A stretch of 64,000 nucleotides of DNA from Chiloscyllium plagiosum (Eukaryota). Positions 26,246 to 38,099 of the stretch are shown in pieces (position 1 is the stretch's first letter; every line of letters begins with the position of its first letter). Made by a program: the position numbers and the translations under genes. The notes under the pieces were generated by a model. It was not told the origin of the DNA, ran no database searches, and worked only from the letters and a program-made list of their open reading frames with translations. The DNA lies in assembly GCF_004010195.1 (NCBI RefSeq), contig NC_057719.1, forward strand, positions 18,319,438-18,383,437. The letters are read 5' to 3'.

Positions 26246-26594
26246 AATGTTGCAAGAAGTTTTATGATCTAACAAATGCATGTATGTTAATAGAGCAGAT
26301 ATTGTCCTTTGCCTCACATATCCAGCCTGAGTACTAATGCATTCCTTATTCTCTTAAAGCAGCAGTTAGAATGCTAACCCTTCACAAAGCACAATGATTG
26401 AGGAGGATTCTGACTCACTTTAAGCTCCAGCTCCTAAGCCACATGAGAATTCTGCAAACAACAGAAGCAACAAATCATGGCAATAGCTTGTGTGGGTTTC
26501 AGGATTAGGCAGACCCCTAGGCTTTGATGGGAAATCATTGTTTAGCCTAATTTTCTGAAAACTGGAAGAAAGGAAACTCTTAAATATAGTGGAA

Positions 26595-26880
26595 GTGGTA
26601 AGATTGGAACTGTTCTCCTTGGAAAGAAGAAGGTCAACAGGTGATCTGATAGAGATATTCAAAATCATGTGATAGAGTAGATAGGAAGAAACTATTCCAT
26701 TTGTGAGCCTAATAAAACTGCATCATCCCACTACTTGCATCCTGACAATGTACAAACGGATAGTTTATTAAACTATACCCAACCTAAATGGGGAAATATA
26801 GTTAAAGGTACAGATCAGCTAATATGCAATTAACTGCTGGGATAGATCTGAGTGGCTGAATTGCTGACTCCCATTCTTAT
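26595..26880 (+). mobile_element. Degenerate CR1 3' fragment
   Basis: LELFSLERRRSTGDLIEIFKIM motif and tail GGCTGAATTGCTGACTCC. Confidence 0.65.
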
Positions 26881-27384
26881 ATAACAATGCAATTAGTATG
26901 CAGATAAGGCAACAAAGTGATTCTAAAAGTCCTGAGTAAATAGGAAATACAGTGCTTCATTGGAACAGGGTAAGGAGCTGAGAACAGAGAAGACAGAGTG
27001 GGAGTGGGGAAACTGGAAGCTCAGGGTCAACCACTTGCAGGCTGGACTGAGGTAATCCAACAGTCAGTCACCTAGTCAGGAAAGGGTGTGCGCAGTGTGA
27101 CAATAAAAGAGAATGGCTACATCATTTGATTGAAATACTTGAACCACTTGCACAAAATTAATCTCACTTCAGTTAAGGGGACCATGTTACTTTAAGTGAC
27201 CTGGTGGCTTAACTGGTATTGCCACATTGTGAATACTACAGTTCAATTAGATCCACATTTCTTTTAATGGGCACCTTGACAACCTAAAAGACAGTGAAGA
27301 ACTACCCAGTGGCAGCCATTTCAAACCCTATCATATATCATTCCCACCTTGAGGGGTATGAGGAGAAGGTTAGGAACATAAAGG

Positions 27385-27810
27385 CACAGGATATAGGAAC
27401 AGGCATAGGCCATTTGGACCTTCGAGCTTGGTCCACCATTCAATATGGTCATGTTGTTCATCCAACTCAGTAGCCTGCTCCCACTTTCACTCCATACTCT
27501 TTCATCCCCTTTAGCTCAAAAACCAAATCTATCTCCTTCTGAAAAACATTCAGTGATTTGGGCTCAACCACTTTGCATGACAGAGCATTCCTTAGGCTCA
27601 TGACTCTCGAGGTAAAGAAATTTCGCCTCACTTTGTGTCCTTAATGACCGACCCAGTACCCTTAGACAGTGACCCCTGGTTCCCTGGTAATCAAAAACAT
27701 CGTTCCTGCATTTATCCTGTCCAGTCCTGTTAGAATTTGATCTTTCAATGAGACCCCTCCTCATTCTTCTCAACGTCAGTAACCTAAGTGACCTAAACAC
27801 TTTTCATATT
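27385..27810 (-). mobile_element. CR1 3' fragment
   Basis: ORF 27564-27800 (LRRMRRGLIE...TRGHCLRVLGR) and rc tail ATAGGAACAGGCATAGGCCATT. Confidence 0.8.
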
Positions 27811-28844
27811 GATTAAGATCAACATAACCTTCATAAAAAGCAACACAATGTTGTCACTGCACTGCATTCCAAGGTTGCTGCATGTTTGCTGTATTAAAAT
27901 AATTTTTTGAAAAATAAGAGACACAGGTGTTACTCTATCCTTATGTTCCAATTCTGTGTCAGTCATGACCCAGTTAGCCTAGTCCTATTCTGAACTATTC
28001 TTTCCCTCAGCCTCAGCTCAGTAGCATTCCTCAGTTGTCTTTCCTTTCTATAAACGTCAGCTTGGTGACACCTAAGCATCGCTTCTTGATCTCCTTCATG
28101 TTGTCTGCCACTCTTTTCATACCTGGTTATGTCTTGTATTATGGACTGTAGGCCTTCACCTCAGTTCATCAATAATAAATAAAAGCTCAAACTCTTTGAT
28201 TTTCTTGTTCTTTCATCTTTCATTTTATGCTTATGAGAGATTTTTCTTATTTGTGAGCAAATATTCAGTTCTTGTTTCTGAATCTCTACATTAGTAAGTC
28301 GATCATCTTAATCCATTAATGAAGGTATTTTAGTCCATTTAGATGATACCCCTGTGTAAATACCTGACCCATTTGTTACTAAGGTTTGGAGCTATGAAAA
28401 ATATTGCAATCAGGTTGGAATTACCATGTGTGCTTGAAATCAGCCATGAGTCTCTGAGACTTTTACCTTAGTTTATCTTCCAAGGACCGGGAAAGAGAGA
28501 CTGAGGAAGATTTCGAGAGATGTCGACTGACTCACCAAAACTGAGATGGGTTTTGCAGCGGACCCAGTTTCCAAGTACAGTGAAGCCCCATATGTGACAT
28601 AACTGTAGTGTTTCCCTCCCTCCCTCCTTCTCAAACCAGAAAAATGAGAGAGAGATCAGAGCCCAAGCAACATCTTGACCAGTAAAGGTGGCAGGGACAC
28701 TGGGAAAGCTTGTGAGGTGCCAAATGTGAGAGGTTTTTGATCCACAAAACATCTGGGACAGTCACACCTGCTTTATGAGCCAGAGGGTAGCAGTCCTTGA
28801 ACAACATGTGGCTAATTTGGAGCAGTGACTCTCCTCATGACATC

Positions 28845-29690
28845 AGACTCCTGCTCATCGACTATGCTCCACCTTCAACAGCATCATCCCTTACCAGACT
28901 GATCTCAAAACAATTCCACCCTCTGCAACTGGATCCTCAGCTTCCTGACCCACAGATCAGAGTCAGTAAAGATAGACGTCTGTACAGCCTCCACGATAAG
29001 ACTCAACACTGAACCTTCTGAGGATGCATCCTTAGGCCCCTACCATACTCCCTGTACACCCACAACTGTGTAACCAAATTCCGAATGAATGCCATCTACA
29101 AGTTTGCTGACGACACCAACCTGGCAAGACGGATATCAAACAACGATGAATCAGAATATAGAAAGGAGATAGAGGGCTTGGTGACATGGTGAAATGATAA
29201 CAACCTCTCTCTCAATGTCGGCAGAACAAAATAACTGACTTCAAAAAGGAGAAGAACATATCCCCATCTACATCAACAGAGCGGAGGTTGAGAGGGTTGG
29301 GAACGTCAAATTCCTAGAAGTGATGATAACCGACAATCTGTCCTGGACTTTCCATGTAGATGTGATGGTGAAGAAGGCACAACAATGCCTCTTCTTTCTC
29401 AGGTGGCTCAGGAAATTCAGCATTTCCATAAGGACCCTCACCAACTTGTACAGAAAGCATTCCATCTGAATGCATAATAGCCTGGTACCAGGACCTGCTC
29501 AGCCCAGGACTATAAGAAACTACAGAAGATTGTGTGCACAGCCCAGACCATCATGGAAGCCAACCTCCCATCCATGGACTCCATTCACATGTCCCGTTGC
29601 CATCGAAAGGCTGCCAATATCATCAAAGACCCATCCCACCCCAGTAATGCTCTCCTGCAATCCCTTCTATCAGGCAGAAGATACAGAAGC
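28845..29690 (+). mobile_element. Rex1/Babar-type LINE RT fragment
   Basis: IRLLLIDY, LCNWILSFLT, YSLYTHNCV, IYKFADDT and MEANLPSMDSIHMSRCHRKAANIIKDPSHP motifs. An HE1 fragment (-) follows at ~29691-29816. Confidence 0.85.
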
Positions 29691-29999
29691 AACTGTGGAG
29701 GAAACCAGAGCAACCAAAGGAACCCCACTCAGACACAGTGAGAATACACAAACTCGAAACAGTCACCCGAGGGTGGAATCCAATGCTGACTATCACAATG
29801 CAGCAATGCTAACCATCACAAGATATTGGTGAAGGATAGAGTGGGGCCCATAGGAACATGCAGAGTAGCTGCTCACTAAAGCAAAGAATATGGCAGAGAT
29901 ACTAAATTGATACTTTGCTTCTGTCATTACCAACTGAGAAATTGGTGATAATGGCCCAATTGAAAATGTGAGTACTGAGAAAACCAAGCAGTATAGTAC

Positions 30000-30451
30000 T
30001 AGATCAATCAATAAAGTGTGGCGCTGGGAAAAAGCACAGCAGGTCAAGCAGCACCAGAAGAGCAGGGTCGATGTTACAGGTCAGAATGTTTAGTCAGGAC
30101 TGAGGAAGGGGGAAGTGGCTGAGTAATAAATAGAGGGGGGTGGGGGATGGGGCTGGGAGAAAGGTAGGTGGGATGGCAATAGGTTGCTGCAGATAGGAGA
30201 TGATCGCTGCTTGACCTGCTGTACTTTTTCCAGGCAGGCAAAAGTGAGTACTGCAGATGCTGGAAATCAGAGTCGAGATTAGACTGGTTCCTGATGAAGG
30301 GCTCTTGCCTGAAACATCGATTTTCCTGCTCCTCAGATGCTGCCTGACCTGCTGTGCTTTTCCAGCACCACCCTAATTCTAGACTGTGCTTTTTCCAGCT
30401 CAACACTTTATCGACTTAGACTTTCCAGCATCGGCAATCCTCCAATCTCCT
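30000..30451. mobile_element. Older PLE fold-back with a younger PLE (30234-30385) nested inside, all within a degenerate CR1
   Basis: Inner element is flanked by CTGT(A/G)CTTTTTCCAG at 30219-30233 and 30384-30398. Hammerhead CTGATGAAGGGCTCTTGCCTGAAACATC at 30291-30318 (+). Host CR1 RT DNA lies at ~29830-29990 and ~30455-30745. Confidence 0.75.
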
Positions 30452-30759
30452 CGTAATAGATGAGAAGGGGTGCTAAAAAGGCTGGCAGCGCTCCAAGTAG
30501 AGAGGTCAGCAGGTCAGGATGGAATGCATTCTAGATTGCTGAGAGAGGTAAAGGATCAAAGTGTGGAGCCGTTGATAGGTATTTTCCAAGCATCTCTGAA
30601 CGCTGGTTGAGTCCTGAGGGACTAGAGGATTGCAATGTGACATCATTGTTTCAGAATAGGGCAAAGGATAACCTAGGAAACTATAGACCCGGCAACTTGA
30701 TGTCAATAGTGGAAAAACTGATGTAGTCCATAATACAAGTAAATACATTCTTCAAGAAA

Positions 30760-31345
30760 AATAAGAGATATAGAGTGTAAAAGTAAAGAAGTATTCTACA
30801 AATCATTGGTCAGATCACATTTGGAATATTGTGTTCAGTATGGACACATTATTTTAGGAAGGATGCTGGAGAGAGTGCAAAGGATTTACTGGAATGATAC
30901 CAGTAATAAGGATTTTAGATGCAAAGAAAGATTAGAGAGATTAGATTAGAATTCGGCTTTTTTTCTCTTTGGAGTAAAGAAGATGAAGAGGTGGCATTAT
31001 TGAGGTGTACAAAATTATGATCAATTTGAAAGGGAAAAGAAGGATAATTTGTTTACACTAGTTGGAATGTCTGTAACTAGGGGTCACAATTTCAATATTG
31101 TCAGCAAGAGGGCTGGGAGCGGGTTGAGGAGAAACTTCTTTACACAGAGAGTAGTCAGGATTTGGAATGCGCTGTCTGGGAGTATGGTGCAGGTGGATTC
31201 CATAGAAGGTTTCAAAAGAGAGCTGGATATATATTTGAAAATACATTTTTCAAGTATTTTGATGAATTTACAGTAGGGCCGTAGAATGGGACAATCTGTA
31301 TAAGTCTACCAGGAGGCGGGACAGACATGATGGGTTAGAGTGGTG
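30760..31345 (+). mobile_element. CR1 3' fragment
   Basis: LVRSHLEYCVQ and ORF 31049-31276 (TRGHNF...LRRNFFTQRVVRIWNAL...GFKRELDIY). A further degenerate CR1 end lies at ~31380-31690. Confidence 0.85.
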
Positions 31346-31702
31346 AAACTCTAGTAAAATGATAGTATGGTTCAATGAGACAGATGTATAAACAGAGATT
31401 GAAGAAGTTTGAACTGTTTTTTTTCTTGGAAAAGGGAAGAATGTGATTGAAGTATTCACAATCATTAGATAGGAAGAAACTGTGAGCACTCATAAAAGGG
31501 TTGAGAAGGAGAGATCTCAGTTTTAAAGTAATTGGTAAAAGAAACAAAATGACACGAGAGAAACCTTTTCTTCACACAATGAGTGGTTAAGAACTGCCAC
31601 ATAAGAATGTGGAAGCTGGTTCAACTGAAGCATTCAGAAGGAAATCAGACTGTTCCCTGAGAAAGAACAATGGGCAGAACTATGAAAGCAGAAGTTACAC
31701 CG

Positions 31703-31969
31703 TGGGTTCAATTCCCGCCTCAGGCGACTGACTGTGTGGAGCTTGCACATTCTCCCCGTGTCTGCGTGGGTTTCCTTCGGGTGCTCTGGTTTCCTCCCAC
31801 AATCCAAAAATATGCAGGCTTGGTGAATTGGCCAGGCTAAATTGCCCGTAGTGTTAGGTGAAAGGGTAAATGTAGGAGAATGCATCTGGGTGGGTTACGC
31901 TTCGGCGGGTCGGTGTGGACTTGTTGGGCCGAAGGGCTTGTTTCCACACTGTAAGTAATCTAATCTAAT
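31703..31969 (+). mobile_element. HE1 V-SINE, 5'-truncated, young
   Basis: Starts at the B-box GGTTCAATTCCC; near-identical to 46435-46698; (TAATC)n tail. Confidence 0.95.
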
Positions 31970-31979
31970 TTTGTACCAC

Positions 31980-32159
31980 ATTATAGTCCAATGAGTTTAT
32001 TTAAAAACACAAACTTTCAGAGCACTACTCCTTCATCAGATGAAGAATGAGCAGCCCTATGAAAGCTTGTCATTTCAATTAAACCTGTTAGACTATAACC
32101 TGGTGTCGTGTGACTTCTGCCCTTGTCCATCCCAGTCCTACACTGGCACCTCCACGTCA
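31980..32159. mobile_element. PLE family B palindromic insertion
   Basis: Arms TTATAGTCCAA.../...TTAGACTATAA centred on CTTCATC-A-GATGAAG (32031-32045); terminus CCCAGTCCTACACTGGCACCTCCACGTCA. Confidence 0.7.
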
Positions 32160-32228
32160 GAATTACGGTGAGGGAGTTACACTGAGTGAATTACTTGTTC
32201 AGAGAACTGGTGCAGGCACAATGGGCGG

Positions 32229-32464
32229 TGTAGTGATTGGAATGAGGTCAAACAGATGGACCTCATAGAGTATGAGTCCCCAGATTGGGGCAGTTAATCT
32301 GGTCCGATCAGGGAGCCCTGGCTGACAGATATAAACAGGAGTGTCAGAGATTCTGTTCTCTCTGAGATGTGACTCTGAGGAAGCCGGACCAGTGTCAAGA
32401 ACAATGCATGTGTTAGTAAAGGGTCACTTGGTGATGGTGTAGTGGCCTTTGTGGAGTTATTTCA
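32229..32464 (+). mobile_element. Solo LTR
   Basis: TGTAGT...TATTTCA ends with an internal ATATAAAC; homologous to 56293-56470; splits a CR1 tail. Confidence 0.7.
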
Positions 32465-33544
32465 GTCTGAATGGCCTCCTTTTGAACTTCATTGATGGAA
32501 GGAGTAAAGTTAAATGCTGCAGATGCTGGGAATCAGAAAGAAGAGCAGAAAATCATCGGGCACCATTTGTGAAGCATGGAACAGAGATCAGATTCAAATG
32601 ATGTCATTACCTTGATTGGTACTCGGGAGGTCCTTATTGCCCAGTAATACTTTTAACTCATTAATTCGTAGTGGCCTTTAATGATGAGCACAGAATTTGT
32701 ACTGAGTTTAAAAAATGCACTTTGTATTTTTCTGGGGACAAGTTCATGTCATACAAACATCACCTTTATTTCATGGTAAGTATTAGCAAAATATGTTCCA
32801 TATGTGACTTTCACCAGGAGAATCGTACTTTCACTACAAAAACATCAAAGCTAAGATGATTAAACTATGAATGATGCTTCTATCACTTTGAATTTAGATG
32901 ATCGGGGTTCATTGAGTTCAGATGTTCAAGAAGATTTAAGGATTTCTTAGATTAAAAAAAATAAAGAATTTCTACCGGATGGAAGAGTCCAGAAGAGGGG
33001 TGGAGTTTTGTTTGGGGTAGTGGGGGAGGTGGGGGAGGCCCACCATCCCAGCTTCCCATTGCAGCTCAAACACATTTTATTATTACAACTTCAAAAGCAC
33101 ATGTTTACATTTTTGAGCCTGAGATTAATCAGACGTTTGTTAGGCAAAGGCGTTAAGGGCATGTGAATCGGGATGTATGGATGGATGGACCATGATTTCA
33201 AATGAATGTTGCAACAAGCTCAAGGAGGTGAAAAGCATCCTCGTGTTTCCATGAGGCAGAATGGCCTAAGACAGCCATTCTGTTTTGCACACTTGGGCCT
33301 AAATTTTGCAGTCCCTTTTTGCGACCAACAAAAGCCAGGAATTCAAGAAAAGTGACCAATGAATGTGTAGGCAGAAACCCCATCTCCATACCCGTCTCAG
33401 GTTATTTTTAGAGTTGCTGGAAAGGGATAAACGTTAGGAGCTCCACAATCTGCTATTCAGATGTTACTGCCATCATTCTTAGAGTGAACATTTGAGAACT
33501 TCTGTAACTTTTAGCACAGGCGACTTTTTGAAAATATTTGTTCA

Positions 33545-35212
33545 ACGTGAGGCATTCAACAGCATGCTGTATAAAATATATTGCACAAGATCAGAGCTCA
33601 CAGTACTTGAGACAATGTAGTCGCATGGACTGAGGATTGGTTAACACGCAGAAGACAGTGAGTTGAGATTAATGGTATGACATAACGAGTGTAGCCCCAC
33701 AGTGATCAGTCCTAAGCCTCAATTTATTTACTATCTATGTGAATAATTTAGAATAGGGCAAAAGTATATTGCATCCAAATTTGCTGATGACATAAAAATA
33801 ACTGGGACTGCATATTGTGATAAGGATTTAAGGCATTAGTAGTGGGATAGTAATAGGTCGAATGAATGGATAAAGACTTGGCAGGTGGAGTGTGAGGTCA
33901 TGCACTTTGGTTAGAAGAATCAAAGGCAATCTATTATTTAAGTTGAGAGCAATTCCAAAGAAAACGTAGCACAGAGGGAACTGGTGCGTCAGACACAAAA
34001 GGGGAATATGTTCATGCAGCAAGTAATTAAGAACCTTTCAATACTAGGGATTAGGAGTTTTAAAAATATGCAAAATTCTGAATTTAGTATTTAAGTAAGG
34101 GTATATTCACATTGGAGACAGGTCAAAAGAAATTCACTAGAATCCTAGGAGGAAAGGATTGCCTTATCAAGAACAGCTGAATACGTTTTACTGTTATTCA
34201 ATATAATGTTCAGAAGAATAAATGGCGATCTTATTAAAACTCTTATTAAAATTCTGAGGGGGCTTGACAAGATAGATGCTAAGAAGATGTTCCTATTATT
34301 CGGGGTATCTCAAACTAGGGAAAATAGTTACAAAAGGGATTCGAGGGAGTGAGTTCTGGAGCAGCAATATTATGTTGCAACTATACAAAACGCTGGTGCG
34401 GCCACACTTGGAATATTGTGTACAGTTCTGGTCTCCATATTTCAGGAAGGATGTGGAATAATTGAAAAAGGTACACAGGAAGTTTACCAGGACGTTGCCT
34501 GATCTGGAGGGAAGGTCTTATGAGGAAAGGCTGAGAGACTTGGGTCTGTTCTCATTGGAAAGAAGGCCAAGGGGGGATTTGATAGAGACATACAAGATGA
34601 TCAGAGGATTAAATAGGGTAGACAGTGAAAGTCTTTTTCCTAGGATGATGACGTCAGCTTGTACGAGAGGGCATAATTACAAATTGAAGGGTGATACATT
34701 TAAGACAGATGTCAGAGGCAGGTTCTTTACGCCGAGAGTGGTAAAGGCGTGGAATGCCCTACCTGCTAATGTAGTCAACTCAGCCAGATTAGGGAGATTT
34801 AAACAATCCTTAGATAAGCACGTGGATGCTTTTGGGATAGTGTAGGGGGACGAGCTGAGAATAGTTCACAGGTCAGCGCAACATCGAAGGCCGAAGGGCC
34901 TGTTCTGCATTGTATTGTTCTATGTTCTACGTTATAAAAGAAGGGGATACTCATTTAAAATTGAGTTGAGAAGGAGTTTTTTATCTCTGAAGGTAGTGAG
35001 TGACTGGAATTCTCTACCTCAGAGAACCGTGTAGGCTAGATCAATGAACGTATTTAAAGAGGAGATAGAATTTTGAACAATTGAGGAGTTGAGGGCTATG
35101 AGGGGTTAACAAAAAAGCGAAATTGAGGCCTTGAGCAGGTGAGCCATGATTATATGGAATAGAAGGGCGGGTCTTAGAGACTGAATGCTCTACTCCTACT
35201 CTTATTCCTTAT
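33545..35212 (+). mobile_element. Old CR1 RT/3' region hosting a younger CR1
   Basis: SKFADDIK and CEVMHFG motifs; continues after the insert at 34931 to the tail ACTCCTACTCTTATTCCTTATG. Confidence 0.8.
34337..34930 (+). mobile_element. Younger CR1 3' fragment (nested)
   Basis: [20 protein letters not shown]...; ORF 34462-34845; tail TGTATTGTTCTATGTTCTA. Flanks GTTACAAAA / GTTATAAAA resemble a TSD. Confidence 0.9.
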
Positions 35213-36264
35213 GTAAACCGTTGAATGCCACAAAGAAAGAAAGTGATGAATTTCTATATGACCAAGGTGGACTACAAGACCATTGATGCCACTTGTGATT
35301 CATTAAAGGTCTATCTTGTACCGCCATAATTTGTTTATTAAACCAATACTCCCAGTTTTCCAAAACTGCAAAGGAATCTCTGGCCTGAAGGGGCTCGTGA
35401 TCTAATCAAATCCACCATAGTCCCACAGGGGTTAACAGGAGGGGAACAAGGGAGTGAGAGAATGCAAGGGAGACTCAGCACACTTGGCGTATCCACAGAT
35501 GTGGTCTGGCATCTAGCTCAGAAAAATAGAGCTAGTCAGAGGGCAAAAATATCTTCACATTGTCCAAAATTTCTTTCTTTCCGCAGGGAAAACAAAAATC
35601 ACTTAAACAAAATAAACAAGAGAAGCATCGATTAAATGCTGGCCAGATTGCCTTTCCTCACACTTTAAAAGAAAAAAAAACTACATCCAGTTTGAAGAGC
35701 CTTTCCCAACTGCTGTGGCTCAAGGGGTTGGTCATAGCTAGGCTTCATTTAACATTTGCTTCTGTTTAATATTTGGCTGATTTTTTAAAGTAATTTTTTT
35801 TGTACTTTCTCTTTCCGTCTCAAGTCTTCTTTGCACAGGGTTTTGCTTCATCTGGTCTCTATTAATCGAGTGCCAGACAGCTTTGTGATCTTATTCGCTA
35901 CACCAAAATGAAATGAGTCTTTCAGAGCTAAATATAGGCATGTACCACCCCAGAGACAACTTCAAATCTAAATATTGGACTGTGAGATGAATAGATTGAA
36001 ATGTTTTTATTGATAATATCCAAAAATTTTGCTTTGTTGCACTAAACTTGTTTTGTGAATGAAACTTTAAGGCATTTAATCATTTACTGGTGTCGACTGT
36101 CTGTCTACTTTAACACTTTTGACTACTGGAGTGTCTTTTTAGAAGCTTCAATTAGTCAACTGGACATCAGACACATATGATTTAAGATAAAAATTGGAAA
36201 AAATAAGTTGTCACTGATTCATGTATCTTTTGATATTAGGCAGCAAAAGCATGAACAATAATCT

Positions 36265-36590
36265 TAAAAGTAAAATATTGCAGGTGCCAGAAATGAAAGG
36301 AAAGACAAAAGAAAGTCTTGAAACAGTTAGGTTAGAGAGCATCAGTAGAAGGAGAAATGTTTCAAATTGATGGCCTTCCATCAGAACATGCACTCTCTGG
36401 ATCTATCTCTCTACAGTACCACTGTCTTGGACTACCTCAAATGGGTCCTGTTCTCTATTTCCCTTTCTGAAGTCACATCAGGCTCGAAATGTTAACTCTT
36501 TTCTCTTTCTAAGCATGTGGCCAGATCTGCTGGGTTCTATTCCCTGATTTCAATTCAGATTTCCAGCATCTGCAGTATTTTGTTTTTAGT
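36265..36590. mobile_element. Older PLE (family C) inverted pair
   Basis: Minus copy ~36265-36390 and plus copy ~36460-36590 (TTCTGAAG...CTCGAAATGTTAACTCT...TTCCAGCATCTGCAGTA). Related pieces at ~15738-15840, 32505-32600, 60435-60700, 63005-63063 and the window end. Confidence 0.55.
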
Positions 36591-37649
36591 TCCAGTATGG
36601 CCAACTGTTACCTCAACCAAAAATCTTTTCCTTTCCTTCAGGTATCAAAGATTGCAAGCTTCCACATTTCTGCAAACAACATTTGCAATTTACTTTCATC
36701 TGTAGCAAAGAGGTCAGATCCCTATACCTCTTGTCTTGCACCATTCTTGGTATCCAGTTCTGGCTTCTTCTTTTCATCCCCTTCCTTCATCCCACCGTCT
36801 GAGGCTTATCTTCAGCTATTTTCAGCTGATGTTGTGAAATTCCCTGAATTTTTCAGACTTACCACGCTTTCCTGCTCCTTTAAGAGTCCCTTTTAAAAAA
36901 AACATGTCTTCGATCAAGCATTCGGTCTCTGAGCTTACTCGACATGGTGTCCAATTTCGTCCAGTTGCATTTCTGTGAACTATGTTGGAATGTTCCAATG
37001 CCATAAAAATATCATTGTAATTATTAATATTTCCAGTGTTGTGCTCATCTGGTCATGCATGCTGGTGACTAGAGCATGTGCAGCCCCTAAACAGCCGCAT
37101 TTGAAACATGAAATGTGGGCTTCACTATATGGCCATTAGGCACTGTCTTCTTTACCAGGAACACAAGACTTTTATCGAAGCTATCATGGTTCAACCCAAA
37201 CTCAATACCCACAGGTAAAACTCTTGCTGTTGTAACACTCTTGTGTCACCCATTCCTTTAGATTACTTCTCAGCTGCCTATCTGGGTTGGTAGGTAAATG
37301 CAACATTACGTTACAATAATTCATTGCAAGGCCACACAATTCGCTTTGCTGTCTATGGCATTCATTTTGCACCCATGCTGATAACTTGCAATTAAGTGTT
37401 TTTTAATTATTCACTCATAGAATGTGGGTGTTGCAGGCTGGGCCAGCATTTCTTGCCCATTCCTGTTTGCTTTTGAGAAGGTGAGTTACCTTCTTGAGTG
37501 GCGGCAGTCCGTTTGTTACACCTACAATGTCCTTAGGGAGGGAATTCCAGGATTTTGACCCAGTGATATTGAAGAACCAGTGATATATTTCCAAATCAGA
37601 TTGGTCAAAGGCATGGAAGGAATCTTCAAGGTGTTAAGTGAATAAGGAG

Positions 37650-37970
37650 GGCTGTAAAGGGTGGCACAATGGTTGGCACTACTGTCTCACAGTGCCAGGC
37701 ATTTAGGCTTGATTTTGGCCTTGGGTGACTTGTGTGGAATTTGCATGTTCTCCCCATGCCTGTGTGGATGCTCCAGTTTTGTTCTACAGTCCAAACTTAT
37801 GCAGGTTAAGTGGATTGGCCATGGTAAATTACTCCACCGTGCAGGTTTGTGCAGGCTGGGTGGATTAGCCATGATGAATGCAGGGTTATGGGGATAGGAT
37901 AGGGGTGGGTTGTTGCAGACTCAATGGGCCACATGGCCTCCATTTGCACTGTAGGGATTCTACGATTCTA
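37650..37970 (+). mobile_element. HE1-type V-SINE, older
   Basis: A-box TGGCACAATGG, V-domain and tail TGTAGGGATTCTACGATTCTA. Confidence 0.85.
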
Positions 37971-38099
37971 AAGTTGGTGGGCAATCTGATGCCCTCAGGT
38001 GGGTAGATTAGGTTAAACTGACTTTTGATATCTAAGCCCACAACATAAAGACACAAAATTATGATGAATAAGTAAAGGATAAGGCCTAGTTTATGGAAT

